Positions 30,535 through 39,816 of a DNA stretch of 64,000 nt are shown here, piece by piece; position 1 is the stretch's first letter; every line of letters starts with the position of its first letter. Below the pieces are notes generated by a model. It ran no database searches, was not told the origin of the DNA, and saw nothing but the letters and a program-made list of their open reading frames with translations. The position numbers and the translations under genes are program-made. Source of the stretch: Halobacteriovoraceae bacterium (lineage in GTDB: Bacteria > Bdellovibrionota > Bacteriovoracia > Bacteriovoracales > Bacteriovoracaceae); assembly GCA_018646195.1 (NCBI GenBank), contig JABGVH010000199.1, positions 8,619 through 72,618 on the forward strand, in the 5' to 3' direction.

Positions 30535-32213
30535 TAAACTCTCGTTAGCTTTTTATAGGAAAACTTCTTCGGGTTGGCAGCATCGTCACCTAGCCTCTTC
30601 ATTTTATCTTCCTCGTATTCCGAGAAGTTTCCGTCAAACCAGCAAACTTCGCTATTACCTTCGAAGGCCAAGATATGTGTAGCAATGCGATCTAAAAAGA
30701 AACGATCATGGGAAATGATCACAGCACATCCAGCAAAATCGACAATAGCTTTTTCAAGCGCCTGAAGTGTATTTACATCCAAATCATTTGTTGGCTCATC
30801 TAACAGAAGGAGGTTACCTCCATCCTTAAGCATTGCTGCTAGGTGTACTCGGTTACGCTCTCCACCGGAAAGCTCTGAAACTTTCTTCTTCTGGGTATCT
30901 CCCGAGAAATTAAATTTTGAAATATAGGCCCTAGTATTAACTTCCCTATCTCCAAGTTTTATAAATTCTGTTCCGCCAGAAATAACATCTATTAATGTTT
31001 TATCACCATCTAAAATCCGTCCTTGGTCTACGTAAGCCAATTGAACAGATTTACCGACATTAAAATCACCTGAATCGACTTTCTCTTGCCCAGCAATCAT
31101 TTTAAATAAAGTTGTCTTACCTGCACCGTTGGGTCCAATGACCCCAACTATTCCACCAGCAGGAAGTTTAAAAGATAGGTTTTCATATAATAGCTTTTCA
31201 CCAAAGGCTTTCGAAATCCCATTGGCCTCCAGAACGAGATCTCCAAGTCTAGGACCAGAAGGAATAAACATCTCATTTATTTCCTGTCGATTTTCTTTTT
31301 GGAATTTTAGGCGCTCTTCATAATCTTTTATTCTTGCTTTAGATTTTGCATGGCGAGCCTTCGGAGCTGACCGAATCCACTCTAATTCTTCCTTCATCAT
31401 TTTTTGACGTTTAGATTCTTGCTTTTCTTCCTTCGCTAAACGTTGAGTTTTTGCTTCCAACCAATCGCTATAATTACCTTGAAAAGGAATCCCCATCCCA
31501 CGATCTAACTCAAGAATCCATCCCGCGACATTGTCTAAGAAATAGCGATCATGGGTAACAGCAATCACTGTTCCTTTATACTGTTGGAGATGACGCTCAA
31601 GCCACCAAACAGTTTCTGCATCGAGGTGGTTGGTAGGTTCATCTAATAAAAGAATATCTGGCTCTTGAAGAAGTAACCGACACATGGCCACACGTCTCTT
31701 CTCGCCACCGGATAAAGTTGAACATTTCTGATCATTGGGTGGGCAGTTTAACGCGGTCATAGCTAGGTCGAGTCGAGAATCGAGGTCCCACGCATTAGCA
31801 GCATCTAGTTTATCTTGTAACTTGGCCTGTTTCTCTAAGAGCTTATTCATTTCGTCATCACTCATAGGATCAGCAAATTTTGCATTAAGATCGTCAAAAT
31901 CTTTCAATAACTGAACTATCTCGGCACAGCCTTCTTCAACAACTTCTCTAACTGTTCTATCTTCATTTAATAAAGGCTCTTGTTCCAAGTATCCAACTGA
32001 ATAGCCTTTTGAAATTGTAGTTTCTCCCAAATGATCATTATCAAGACCGGCTAAAATCCGAAGAAGGGTAGACTTTCCTGAACCATTTAAACCAAGAACG
32101 CCGATTTTTGCCCCGTAAAAGTAGCTCAGGCTAATATCTTTCAGTACATGCTTTTGCTTATAAACTTTTCCAACTTTGTGCATTGAATAAATAATTTGCT
32201 TATCGTTACTCAT
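30534..32213 (-). CDS. ettA: ABC-F translational throttle protein EttA
   Basis: LKDISLSYFYGAKIGVLGLNGSGKS, two ABC domains, ELEWIR..PKAR.AKSKAR linker. Confidence 0.96.
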   Translation of the reverse strand: MSNDKQIIYSMHKVGKVYKQKHVLKDISLSYFYGAKIGVLGLNGSGKSTLLRILAGLDNDHLGETTISKGYSVGYLEQEPLLNEDRTVREVVEEGCAEIVQLLKDFDDLNAKFADPMSDDEMNKLLEKQAKLQDKLDAANAWDLDSRLDLAMTALNCPPNDQKCSTLSGGEKRRVAMCRLLLQEPDILLLDEPTNHLDAETVWWLERHLQQYKGTVIAVTHDRYFLDNVAGWILELDRGMGIPFQGNYSDWLEAKTQRLAKEEKQESKRQKMMKEELEWIRSAPKARHAKSKARIKDYEERLKFQKENRQEINEMFIPSGPRLGDLVLEANGISKAFGEKLLYENLSFKLPAGGIVGVIGPNGAGKTTLFKMIAGQEKVDSGDFNVGKSVQLAYVDQGRILDGDKTLIDVISGGTEFIKLGDREVNTRAYISKFNFSGDTQKKKVSELSGGERNRVHLAAMLKDGGNLLLLDEPTNDLDVNTLQALEKAIVDFAGCAVIISHDRFFLDRIATHILAFEGNSEVCWFDGNFSEYEEDKMKRLGDDAANPKKFSYKKLTRV

Positions 32214-32273
32214 AGTCCCCTCTCAGGCCGTTTTAAAGTCATTTGGAAGCTAAAAGTAGTACAGCAGTAGCTC

Positions 32274-33134
32274 TTATTCAATTAAAAAGAGTTGGCCGAA
32301 GGAATATAAGAAATAAAGGTAACTACCTAGAAAAAAGAAGCTCAGACAGAAGAATTTTGATCCATTCAGGAGTTTGAGATAAAGCTCAAACCGTTCCTGC
32401 CATAAAAACTGAAGCTCAATTAAAATTTCATTTAGAAGTTCAGAAATTCCCCTGCCCTCATCCCGCCACCGTCGAAGTCCCGCTTCAAAACGCCACAGTA
32501 TTGGCTGACTCCAGCGAGTCTTACAAGTATGAATTTGTCGCATGTCGACATGGGCCAGTATTACTTCTTGGCTCAGGCTGACCTGAGAAAGACAGTGAAA
32601 GGTCATTAAATTTTTGTAAAGTAATGAAAAATTTTTAAATATCAGCGCTCTTATAAATTTATCCATTACCCAAAAAAATACAAACCCCACTCCTTGAATG
32701 AGAAATACCGACATAATTTTACCCGGCATTTCTCTTTCAACCATTTTTTGGCCAATATACATAAAAACCCAGGCAATTAAAAAAGCTAATATAAACTGGA
32801 AATAGCCCCCTACAATCGCTGCACTTAGCTTTTTCCTCCATCTTAGCTCGTGCTGTAAATCTTGCTTGAGACGGTTCAATGGAACCTTTAAGGGAGCACC
32901 AAGGTGCCGACCATGGGATAGCATTTCTTCTACCAGACTGGAGTAAAAACTAAACCTAGGTACTGCTCCCGCACCAGGGGAGCCTGATAAATATTCCACC
33001 AATTGCTCTCCTGGCTTGGCCATAAACCCTTTCTTATTTCTTAAAAGTAGCGGAAAGATTGGCGAGAAACACGCTTCAGGTAGCAAAAACGGGAGTCCTA
33101 AAAGAATAAAAAAGGCACTTATTTTCAGTTCCAT
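32274..33134 (-). CDS. Putative TadB/TadC-like (T2SSF) pilus platform protein
   Basis: GRHLGAPLKVPLNRL...ELRWRKK then TM helices, and a second G..ISELL repeat. Start taken at ATG 33134, next to a sigma54 site, not 33395. Confidence 0.6.
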   Translation of the reverse strand: MELKISAFFILLGLPFLLPEACFSPIFPLLLRNKKGFMAKPGEQLVEYLSGSPGAGAVPRFSFYSSLVEEMLSHGRHLGAPLKVPLNRLKQDLQHELRWRKKLSAAIVGGYFQFILAFLIAWVFMYIGQKMVEREMPGKIMSVFLIQGVGFVFFWVMDKFIRALIFKNFSLLYKNLMTFHCLSQVSLSQEVILAHVDMRQIHTCKTRWSQPILWRFEAGLRRWRDEGRGISELLNEILIELQFLWQERFELYLKLLNGSKFFCLSFFFLGSYLYFLYSFGQLFLIE

Positions 33135-33146
33135 AGTATGGATATA

Positions 33147-33162
33147 AGCAATACTCAAGCCA
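33147..33162 (-). promoter_or_regulatory. sigma54 promoter for the tadB-like gene
   Basis: Minus strand TGGCTT-gagta-TTGCT, 12 nt before ATG 33134. Confidence 0.7.
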
Positions 33163-33209
33163 TGTTGCGATGCATTTGACCTTCGGAAATTAGCGGACAA
33201 AGATGGTGT

Positions 33210-33503
33210 ATGAATACAACCACACCTGAATTTAACGCGACGCCAGTTGCACCTGTAAACCAAGATATAATGGGACCAGAAATTAAAATCAAGCACCTTG
33301 CAATTAAAATTAAAAAGCTCAACAAGCTTTGCAATCAACTTGACCCTTATCTGCCTATTCCGGAAGACACTCAAGCCGAACTTCGGGAGTTTCACATTAC
33401 AGATTTTTTTGACCCATTCACGATAACTAATAAACTTTTGGTTTTGCTAGAAGATTCCATTGAAGAGCTTCATAAATTAGAAGGTCACCCCGACACCAAA
33501 TGA
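33210..33503 (+). CDS. Hypothetical protein
   Basis: 97-aa ORF coupled (ATGA) to the methyltransferase gene. Confidence 0.65.
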   Translation: MNTTTPEFNATPVAPVNQDIMGPEIKIKHLAIKIKKLNKLCNQLDPYLPIPEDTQAELREFHITDFFDPFTITNKLLVLLEDSIEELHKLEGHPDTK

Positions 33504-34732
33504 GCGCGAAGCTGATTAGGGTTCCCCTACACCCAGACACCATAAAATATATTCGGAAGGGACACCCCTGGGTGACGCTCGATCGATTTAGCAAAGAATT
33601 TCCAAAAAAAGATTTAATGGTACTAGGGACCGGGAAAGCTGGAGAGCCAGTTGCCCTACTGCTAAATGATCCTAAACATAAAAATATTAAAGCGAGAGTA
33701 TGGAGCCTAAAGCAACCATTCAATGAGCAGGTCCACCTTTTTAAAACTACCCTTTTTGAGAGGCTTGAAAAAGCTTTCAATAAAAGGACTAAAATGAATT
33801 TACTTGAAGAACGCCAAAATTTTTATTTGGCGTTTGGTGAAGCGGATTTGTTACCCGGCTTGTTTATTCAATATTTAAATGATCACCTGCTGATTCAAGT
33901 CTATGCCGGTTTCTGGAGAAGAGTCGAAAAGGAACTTATGGAAGGTATTGCAAAGGCCTTCCACCAATTTCTTCCAGCAAATACTCCAAAGCATATTTGG
34001 ATTCAAGAGAGAAACTTAGATCAACGAATCAAGCTTCGCTCAGTTTTTTTACCTGGGAAAAAAGCCCCTAAGCCTGACCCGCATTTTCAGTTAGAAGAAT
34101 TCGGTATTCGTTATCAATTAAAATTAGGAGGTCAATATGACTTTGGTCTCTATACTGATATGGCCGCTCAAAGAAAAGTCCTCTCTCCCTATTTTAGTGA
34201 GGCAAAATCTGTATTAAACCTCTATGCCTATACCGGAGCCTATTCTCTTTTCGCTCTTTCTCAAAAATGTGAAAGAGTGGTGAGTATAGACCTCTCAGAA
34301 CACTATCTGAATTGGTTGGAAGAAAACCTGGAGTTAAATCCAGACCTCGAAAGAAAAAATCACCAAAGTATTCTTGGGCCAGTGGCAGAGGTTCTCGAAA
34401 GTAAAGTTAAGCACAAGAAAAAGTTTGATTTAATTATTTGTGATCCTCCTTCTGCTAGCCATGATGGTAAGCAGACTTTACGTGCTCTTCAGACCTACGA
34501 AAAAACAATGAAAAATATGGCAACATTACTTGAAGATGGCGGCAAGTTAGTTTGCTTTCTAAATACACATAGAGTTATTTGGAAGAAATTCCACGACCAG
34601 ATGGAAGAACTTGGAAAAAAGAACCAGCTTAAAATTGTTGATAAATTAAAACTCTCAGCTGATTGTCTAGGAAAGGGAGGGTTTCCAGAAGGAGATTACT
34701 TGAAAGGTTTAGTCTTCCAGAAAAATGTCTGA
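33500..34732 (+). CDS. SAM-dependent rRNA methyltransferase, RlmI/RlmK-like
   Basis: GHPWV PUA-like N-terminus, EAD.LPGL, GLYTD, VLNLYAYTG, FDLIICDPP, EGDYLK. Confidence 0.9.
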   Translation: MSAKLIRVPLHPDTIKYIRKGHPWVTLDRFSKEFPKKDLMVLGTGKAGEPVALLLNDPKHKNIKARVWSLKQPFNEQVHLFKTTLFERLEKAFNKRTKMNLLEERQNFYLAFGEADLLPGLFIQYLNDHLLIQVYAGFWRRVEKELMEGIAKAFHQFLPANTPKHIWIQERNLDQRIKLRSVFLPGKKAPKPDPHFQLEEFGIRYQLKLGGQYDFGLYTDMAAQRKVLSPYFSEAKSVLNLYAYTGAYSLFALSQKCERVVSIDLSEHYLNWLEENLELNPDLERKNHQSILGPVAEVLESKVKHKKKFDLIICDPPSASHDGKQTLRALQTYEKTMKNMATLLEDGGKLVCFLNTHRVIWKKFHDQMEELGKKNQLKIVDKLKLSADCLGKGGFPEGDYLKGLVFQKNV

Positions 34733-35630
34733 TCAAATTGTAAAAGTCCATCACCTCAATTGCGCAACTCTTTGTCCAGTTAGTCTAAAAAACATTATCA
34801 ATAATACATGTAAGGTGCTTTCAAAACTGCCTCTGCGGATTCCAAATATTTTAAAAGATATTGGTGGTAAAAATGTTCAGGAAGTAATTCACGAACACCT
34901 TGTCTGCCATTGTTTACTTATAGAAACTAAGAAAAAATTAATTCTAATGGACACTGGCCTCGGCAGGAAGGATGTTCAAAGCTCGGGTTCTAGACTCCCG
35001 ATAGAGTTTCTTAAAATAATTGGGCGCCCTCTTTTAAAGCTTGAAGAAACCGCATATCATCAGATTATTAAACTGGGCTATTCTCCAGATGACCTTACTG
35101 ATATTTTAGTGACACATTTAGATGTTGATCACGTAGGGGGACTCGCTGATTTCCCTCAAGCGACTGTACACTTGTTAGATGCAGAATTAGATTCGGCCAT
35201 TAACCCTAAAAGCTATATTCAAAAGCATCGCTACTTAGCAAAAATGTGGGACCATAATCCAAAATGGAAAACTTACAGAGCAAGTGGTGAAAAATGGAAT
35301 GACTTTTACTCAGTAAAAGAACTGGAGGGCCTCCCCACCGAGATTAAAATGATTCCCTTAAGAGGTCATACTCAGGGTCATTGTGGTTTAGTGATCGAAC
35401 ACCAAGGTAATTCATTATTTTTTACCGGTGATGCCTATATAAGTAAAAAACAACTCCAAGGTATTACGCCTTTCGAAGTCCTTCTCTTTAATAAACTAAT
35501 TCAGGAGGATATTAACTTATACCGAGAGAATCTTGAGAGAATTATTCAACTAAAAAATGAAGCATTACCCTCCCTTTCTATCTTTTGTTCCCACGATCCT
35601 GACGAATATCACCATTTATCCAACCCTTAA
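34725..35630 (+). CDS. Metallo-beta-lactamase fold hydrolase
   Basis: HHLNC, DTG.G, THLDVDHVGG, GHT.GH, GDA, CSHD. Confidence 0.9.
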   Translation: MSDQIVKVHHLNCATLCPVSLKNIINNTCKVLSKLPLRIPNILKDIGGKNVQEVIHEHLVCHCLLIETKKKLILMDTGLGRKDVQSSGSRLPIEFLKIIGRPLLKLEETAYHQIIKLGYSPDDLTDILVTHLDVDHVGGLADFPQATVHLLDAELDSAINPKSYIQKHRYLAKMWDHNPKWKTYRASGEKWNDFYSVKELEGLPTEIKMIPLRGHTQGHCGLVIEHQGNSLFFTGDAYISKKQLQGITPFEVLLFNKLIQEDINLYRENLERIIQLKNEALPSLSIFCSHDPDEYHHLSNP

Positions 35631-35707
35631 CTGAAAATATTTCCTATTATTTTTATTAAAATTGCTCTAATCAATAATGTTATAATTAGGAGGCATTTTG
35701 GAGAGAG

Positions 35708-36967
35708 ATGAACAAGAAAAAAATACTCGTAATCGACGATGAACCAGAAATTCGTGAAGTAATTGCCGCTATACTGGAATCCTATTTTGACAGAGACATT
35801 TTGCTGGCAGCTTCCGGAAATGAAGCTATTGCTATATTAAAGGCCCAGCATCTAGAAATCAGCCTCGTTTTATGTGACTTTAGTATGCCTGATGGTAATG
35901 GTGCCACTGTCTATAATCATTTAAGAGAAACTAAATCCGATATTCCATATATCCTTTGCTCCAGTTATGAAATCGGAGAGATAAAAGAATTTGAGAACTT
36001 TAAGCAGACGAATCCCAAAAATGACTCTATTACCAAGCCGTTTAGCTCACAAATACTAGTCGATACTATAAGCAATGCCCTCTCTGATGAAAATCAAGAA
36101 GTACTAGAGCCGTATTGTCGAGTCAGGATTGATAAGTTCGAAGAATTTTGCAAAGACAACTTGATAAATGTCTATATAAAACTTAGCTCCAGTAAGTATA
36201 TAAAAATATTGAAAGAAAACGAAAAAAGGGCCCCTGGAGTCTTTCAGAAATATATAGATAAGAACGCTGAATATGTTTGGATTGAGAATGAAAAATATCA
36301 AGATGTTTCAGATGTTATTTTAGAAAAAATATTTAGTGCTTTAAACACTCCAAATGCCTCTCCTGAAGAAAAAATCGAATTAACGATCTCTGGAATTGAA
36401 GTTATTCAAGACTGTGTTAAGAATTTAGGAATTAGTCAGAAAACGATTGAGGCGATCGAGAAAGTAGTCGACTCGACAGAAAAGGCAATTAAAGAAACTG
36501 ACTCCCTTTCAGACCTTCTCGACTCTTTAAATAAAAAGAAAGGGTATCTCAAAGATCATGCTTTCCTTACCTCGTATGTCGCTTGTTCTATTGCCGAAGT
36601 CGTGGACATTAAAAATGAGAATCTCTGGGCAAATATCATAAAGGCCTCTATCTTTCATAATATTTCTCTTCCTACCAATGAAAAAGCAACAATTTTTGAT
36701 TTAAAATCGCCTCAGTACATAGCTCTCGAGCAAAAAGATCAGTTTCAAGTAAGAGAGCATATGCATAAGTCGGTGGAGCTAATTGGAGGTGAACAATTTT
36801 TCCCAAAAGAAGTGAGAAAAATGATTCTTAACCATCATGAGCAACCAGATGGTAGTGGGTACCCTAGCGGACTCAAGGAAAATGAAGTCACACCCTTAGA
36901 AGCGCTTTTTATATTAGCTGTAAATCTTTCCAATACCTTCATCATTAAAGGTGGGGATCAAACTTAA
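35708..36967 (+). CDS. Response regulator receiver plus degenerate HD-GYP domain protein
   Basis: REC domain (IDDE, CDFSMPDG, KPF); HHEQPDGSGYP; the HD position reads HN. The frame continues 39 codons past the TAA. Confidence 0.85.
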   Translation: MNKKKILVIDDEPEIREVIAAILESYFDRDILLAASGNEAIAILKAQHLEISLVLCDFSMPDGNGATVYNHLRETKSDIPYILCSSYEIGEIKEFENFKQTNPKNDSITKPFSSQILVDTISNALSDENQEVLEPYCRVRIDKFEEFCKDNLINVYIKLSSSKYIKILKENEKRAPGVFQKYIDKNAEYVWIENEKYQDVSDVILEKIFSALNTPNASPEEKIELTISGIEVIQDCVKNLGISQKTIEAIEKVVDSTEKAIKETDSLSDLLDSLNKKKGYLKDHAFLTSYVACSIAEVVDIKNENLWANIIKASIFHNISLPTNEKATIFDLKSPQYIALEQKDQFQVREHMHKSVELIGGEQFFPKEVRKMILNHHEQPDGSGYPSGLKENEVTPLEALFILAVNLSNTFIIKGGDQT

Positions 36968-37070
36968 ATTTCTCTAGCTGTTCACGATTATCTAGATAGG
37001 TATTCAAAAGGAAATTATAAGGAGCCCTACCAAGGTTTTCTTAAGGCCTTTTTCAAACTGAAAGGCAAGG

Positions 37071-37104
37071 AAAAAGCCCCGCTATAGCAGGGCCTTTATT
37101 TTTG
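37071..37104. terminator. Probable bidirectional intrinsic terminator
   Basis: AAAAAGCCCCGC-TATA-GCAGGGCCTTTATTTT between convergent genes. Confidence 0.65.
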
Positions 37105-37119
37105 TAATTTAAATAATTC

Positions 37120-39672
37120 TTAGTAACCATCAACCCCAACATTCGCATCATATTCTAGGCCATAGCTATCGGCCATACGATGAGGCTCTGTCTTACGTGG
37201 CTTCTTGGTAGGATTTTTGGTGTTATAAGTATCATGCCTATCTTGTTGAGCACGACGAAAATTCAATCGATAATCCAAGTTGTTTTCATACTCATCTCCC
37301 ACGGCTGCATCAGGTAACATAAATTCTGAGAGGCGTTTGGTGTAACGGCTATCATTACAAGAAAATAGTGAAGGATAGTAATTAGGAGCATCTGATGGCT
37401 TACCGCCAGAAATAAAAAACATATTTCGAGATTGTGTCATCAGCAGGGTTCCGAGAACTTTTTGAATGTCGACAACTCTATCAAGATTCAATCCAGTGGC
37501 ATTTTTAAAACGGGTTAGGTCATCCATGTCTCCACCAGTTTTACTTTTATTGGCAGTAAGGGAATCTTGAAAGACAAATCCCTTCTGTTCTTTAAACCCA
37601 CAATTATCACTGGGCTTTAAGTTTTGAACCAACTCTGAAGTCATAAGGCTTGCAAAGATTGAAGGAAGAGAAGCTTTAACCTCAACTTTTAATTCTTTCT
37701 CGGCAGCCTTTTTGGCCTTAGTCAGATCTCCTGATTTTAAACCTTTTTCTTTTAATGCTGCTTTCTCGGCTTTACCAACCGTACCAAGCTCACTTTTGAA
37801 TTTTTTTACAAGATCAGTAATCTCTAATGCGGCATAGGCAAGCACAGTCATTTTAGCTTTTAACTCAGCTCCAAAAAGTGGCGTTGCAATACCTGCGACT
37901 GGCCTGGAAGCATTTCCTTTTGAATCTTTTTCGATAAATTGGTTAATCCCAGAAAGATAAGCAGGAAGTTTTTCATATTTAACTGCAGGCTCTGCTTGCT
38001 TAAGGTTTTTTACATTCCCATACTTATTGCTACCCAGAACAACTACTAAATTAATATCCTTAGTCTCTGAAGTAACAAGGTTTGTATAAGGATTTGAAAC
38101 TCTCTCGGCCATTACAACAAGATTTGCCATGGCATCAACTACAACCTTACCCATACCGTGCTTACCATCAGTTGGATCATTCTCTTCGTGATTTACTAGC
38201 TTTGCAGAATTCTCAGTGACCATCTTATAAAGATATTCATCAGTGAAAATACTATCGAGTCCCTTCTTGGCTATGTAATTGCGAGCAATCTTTAACTCTT
38301 CAAGAACTGACTTAGAGCCTGTTGGAGTCCAATCAGAGCCGAGAGCGATAGTTACTCCGGCCTTATGAGCTGAAAGTATATCTGCTGTTTCTCCATATAA
38401 AAGGAAATTTGAAAAAGGAGACCAGATTAGCCCCATGCCATTTTTGGCCATAAATTTAAAACCGCTCTTATCAACACCAACGGCGTGAACCAAGTTGAAA
38501 TTTTTCTTGGCCAATCCCATGTCCTGAAGAAGTTTAAATTCAAGCATATTATAAGGATCATTGCGACGTCCTTCACCTAGGTGAGCAATAATAGCGGCCT
38601 TCCTTGGGTGGCCAATATACTTAATCTTTCCAGCTATTCCAGAGTGAACAAATGAGAGGTAACGCTCAAACTTGGGATGAACATTTGTACACGCTGCCTT
38701 AAGCTTAGGTTTGCTTTTAATGACTTTAAGAACTTCACCATCAAGCATTTTTTCGCGTGTAAGGTTGTATTCAGCGTCCACTAAAGAAGTCTTATTCTTA
38801 GCATTTTTCTTCTTGGCATATTTTTTCTTAGCTGAATCAAGCTTCTTTGTAAGGGCTACCGTTGATTTCTCAAAAGCGGCTTCTATCTCAGGCTTCAAGC
38901 TAGGACATTTCCCAATAATCACTTTTTCAAGGGCCTCTGAAAAAGAATTCCCCTTTTTTACTAATGGAGATACTTCAGCGTGAATGAATCGAAAAGAATC
39001 GGGATATACAATATCTGTAGGAGCTGCAACATTCAGCTGAGGTACTACTGGTTCACCAGCAGCATCAACGCTATCATTTAAAAATCCATCACCACTTTCA
39101 ACATGAGAGATGGCAAATTCTTTAACGCAGGAACTAGGGCCTTGAAGATAAGTCGTCCCTAAAACCATCGCCTGAAGTTCAGACCAGCGAAAAGCGGCAC
39201 AATTAACAACTTTACCGTACTCGCCAATCCAAGGATTCATATTGAGGGAAACAGCAGAAGTATAACGATTCCACTTTCTCCACTCAAAGCGATTTCCAAA
39301 TTGTCCGTGGGCGGCGCCCCAAACGGTCAGACTATTCTGCTTAGTATGATTATGAAGATCAGATAGACCTGGATAAATAACATCAAACTTGCGACCAGTT
39401 TTTAAAACTACTACCGGAAGTTTGGCCGAAGCTTGAATTCCTTTTACCGCAGAAGCTGCAATCGGCTTAACTTCGCTAATGACACCTTTTAAAATTGTCA
39501 CTGAGGCCAAGTGAGATTTAGTATTTGTTTTACCTTTTAAATAACGGCCAGGTACTTTTCCAATTAGAATTTGGGATCCTAGACCTTTACTTTTAGTGGC
39601 GCCAAAAACGCCGAATGAACTGAGTAGCAAGCTTACGATAAGCAAAAGCTTGGTGGGGACACACGCTTTCAT
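37120..39672 (-). CDS. Secreted amidohydrolase-superfamily protein (nucleoside deaminase-like)
   Basis: Signal peptide; PGL.DLHNH, AHLGEG, VHAVG, WSP.SN..LYG.T, ALGSDW...GSK motifs; K-rich insertions. Confidence 0.85.
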   Translation of the reverse strand: MKACVPTKLLLIVSLLLSSFGVFGATKSKGLGSQILIGKVPGRYLKGKTNTKSHLASVTILKGVISEVKPIAASAVKGIQASAKLPVVVLKTGRKFDVIYPGLSDLHNHTKQNSLTVWGAAHGQFGNRFEWRKWNRYTSAVSLNMNPWIGEYGKVVNCAAFRWSELQAMVLGTTYLQGPSSCVKEFAISHVESGDGFLNDSVDAAGEPVVPQLNVAAPTDIVYPDSFRFIHAEVSPLVKKGNSFSEALEKVIIGKCPSLKPEIEAAFEKSTVALTKKLDSAKKKYAKKKNAKNKTSLVDAEYNLTREKMLDGEVLKVIKSKPKLKAACTNVHPKFERYLSFVHSGIAGKIKYIGHPRKAAIIAHLGEGRRNDPYNMLEFKLLQDMGLAKKNFNLVHAVGVDKSGFKFMAKNGMGLIWSPFSNFLLYGETADILSAHKAGVTIALGSDWTPTGSKSVLEELKIARNYIAKKGLDSIFTDEYLYKMVTENSAKLVNHEENDPTDGKHGMGKVVVDAMANLVVMAERVSNPYTNLVTSETKDINLVVVLGSNKYGNVKNLKQAEPAVKYEKLPAYLSGINQFIEKDSKGNASRPVAGIATPLFGAELKAKMTVLAYAALEITDLVKKFKSELGTVGKAEKAALKEKGLKSGDLTKAKKAAEKELKVEVKASLPSIFASLMTSELVQNLKPSDNCGFKEQKGFVFQDSLTANKSKTGGDMDDLTRFKNATGLNLDRVVDIQKVLGTLLMTQSRNMFFISGGKPSDAPNYYPSLFSCNDSRYTKRLSEFMLPDAAVGDEYENNLDYRLNFRRAQQDRHDTYNTKNPTKKPRKTEPHRMADSYGLEYDANVGVDGY

Positions 39673-39816
39673 TGTCTCTTCCTTATTAGGTTGTGGTTAA
39701 AATATTTTCATTTATAGGCTTACTTCGGGTCAGGAATGACGCGATACGGCAAAAGGAATCTATTGTAATATTTACCTGAAAATGAGGGTTTATAGCCGCC
39801 GATAAAGGATCAAGGA

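Noticed and set aside
33135..33395. N-terminal 87 aa of track ORF 32274..33395
   Set aside because: It overlaps the divergent gene 33210..33503 and the sigma54 site; ATG 33134 is the better start.
34725..35630. Antibiotic-resistance metallo-beta-lactamase
   Set aside because: No signal peptide, and the HLDVDH variant motif fits generic cytoplasmic MBL-fold hydrolases.
39779..39805. Perfect GCCGATAA on the plus strand
   Set aside because: Poor -35 element, and it points into the 3' end of a minus-strand gene with no sense ORF downstream; cannot be supported as a promoter.
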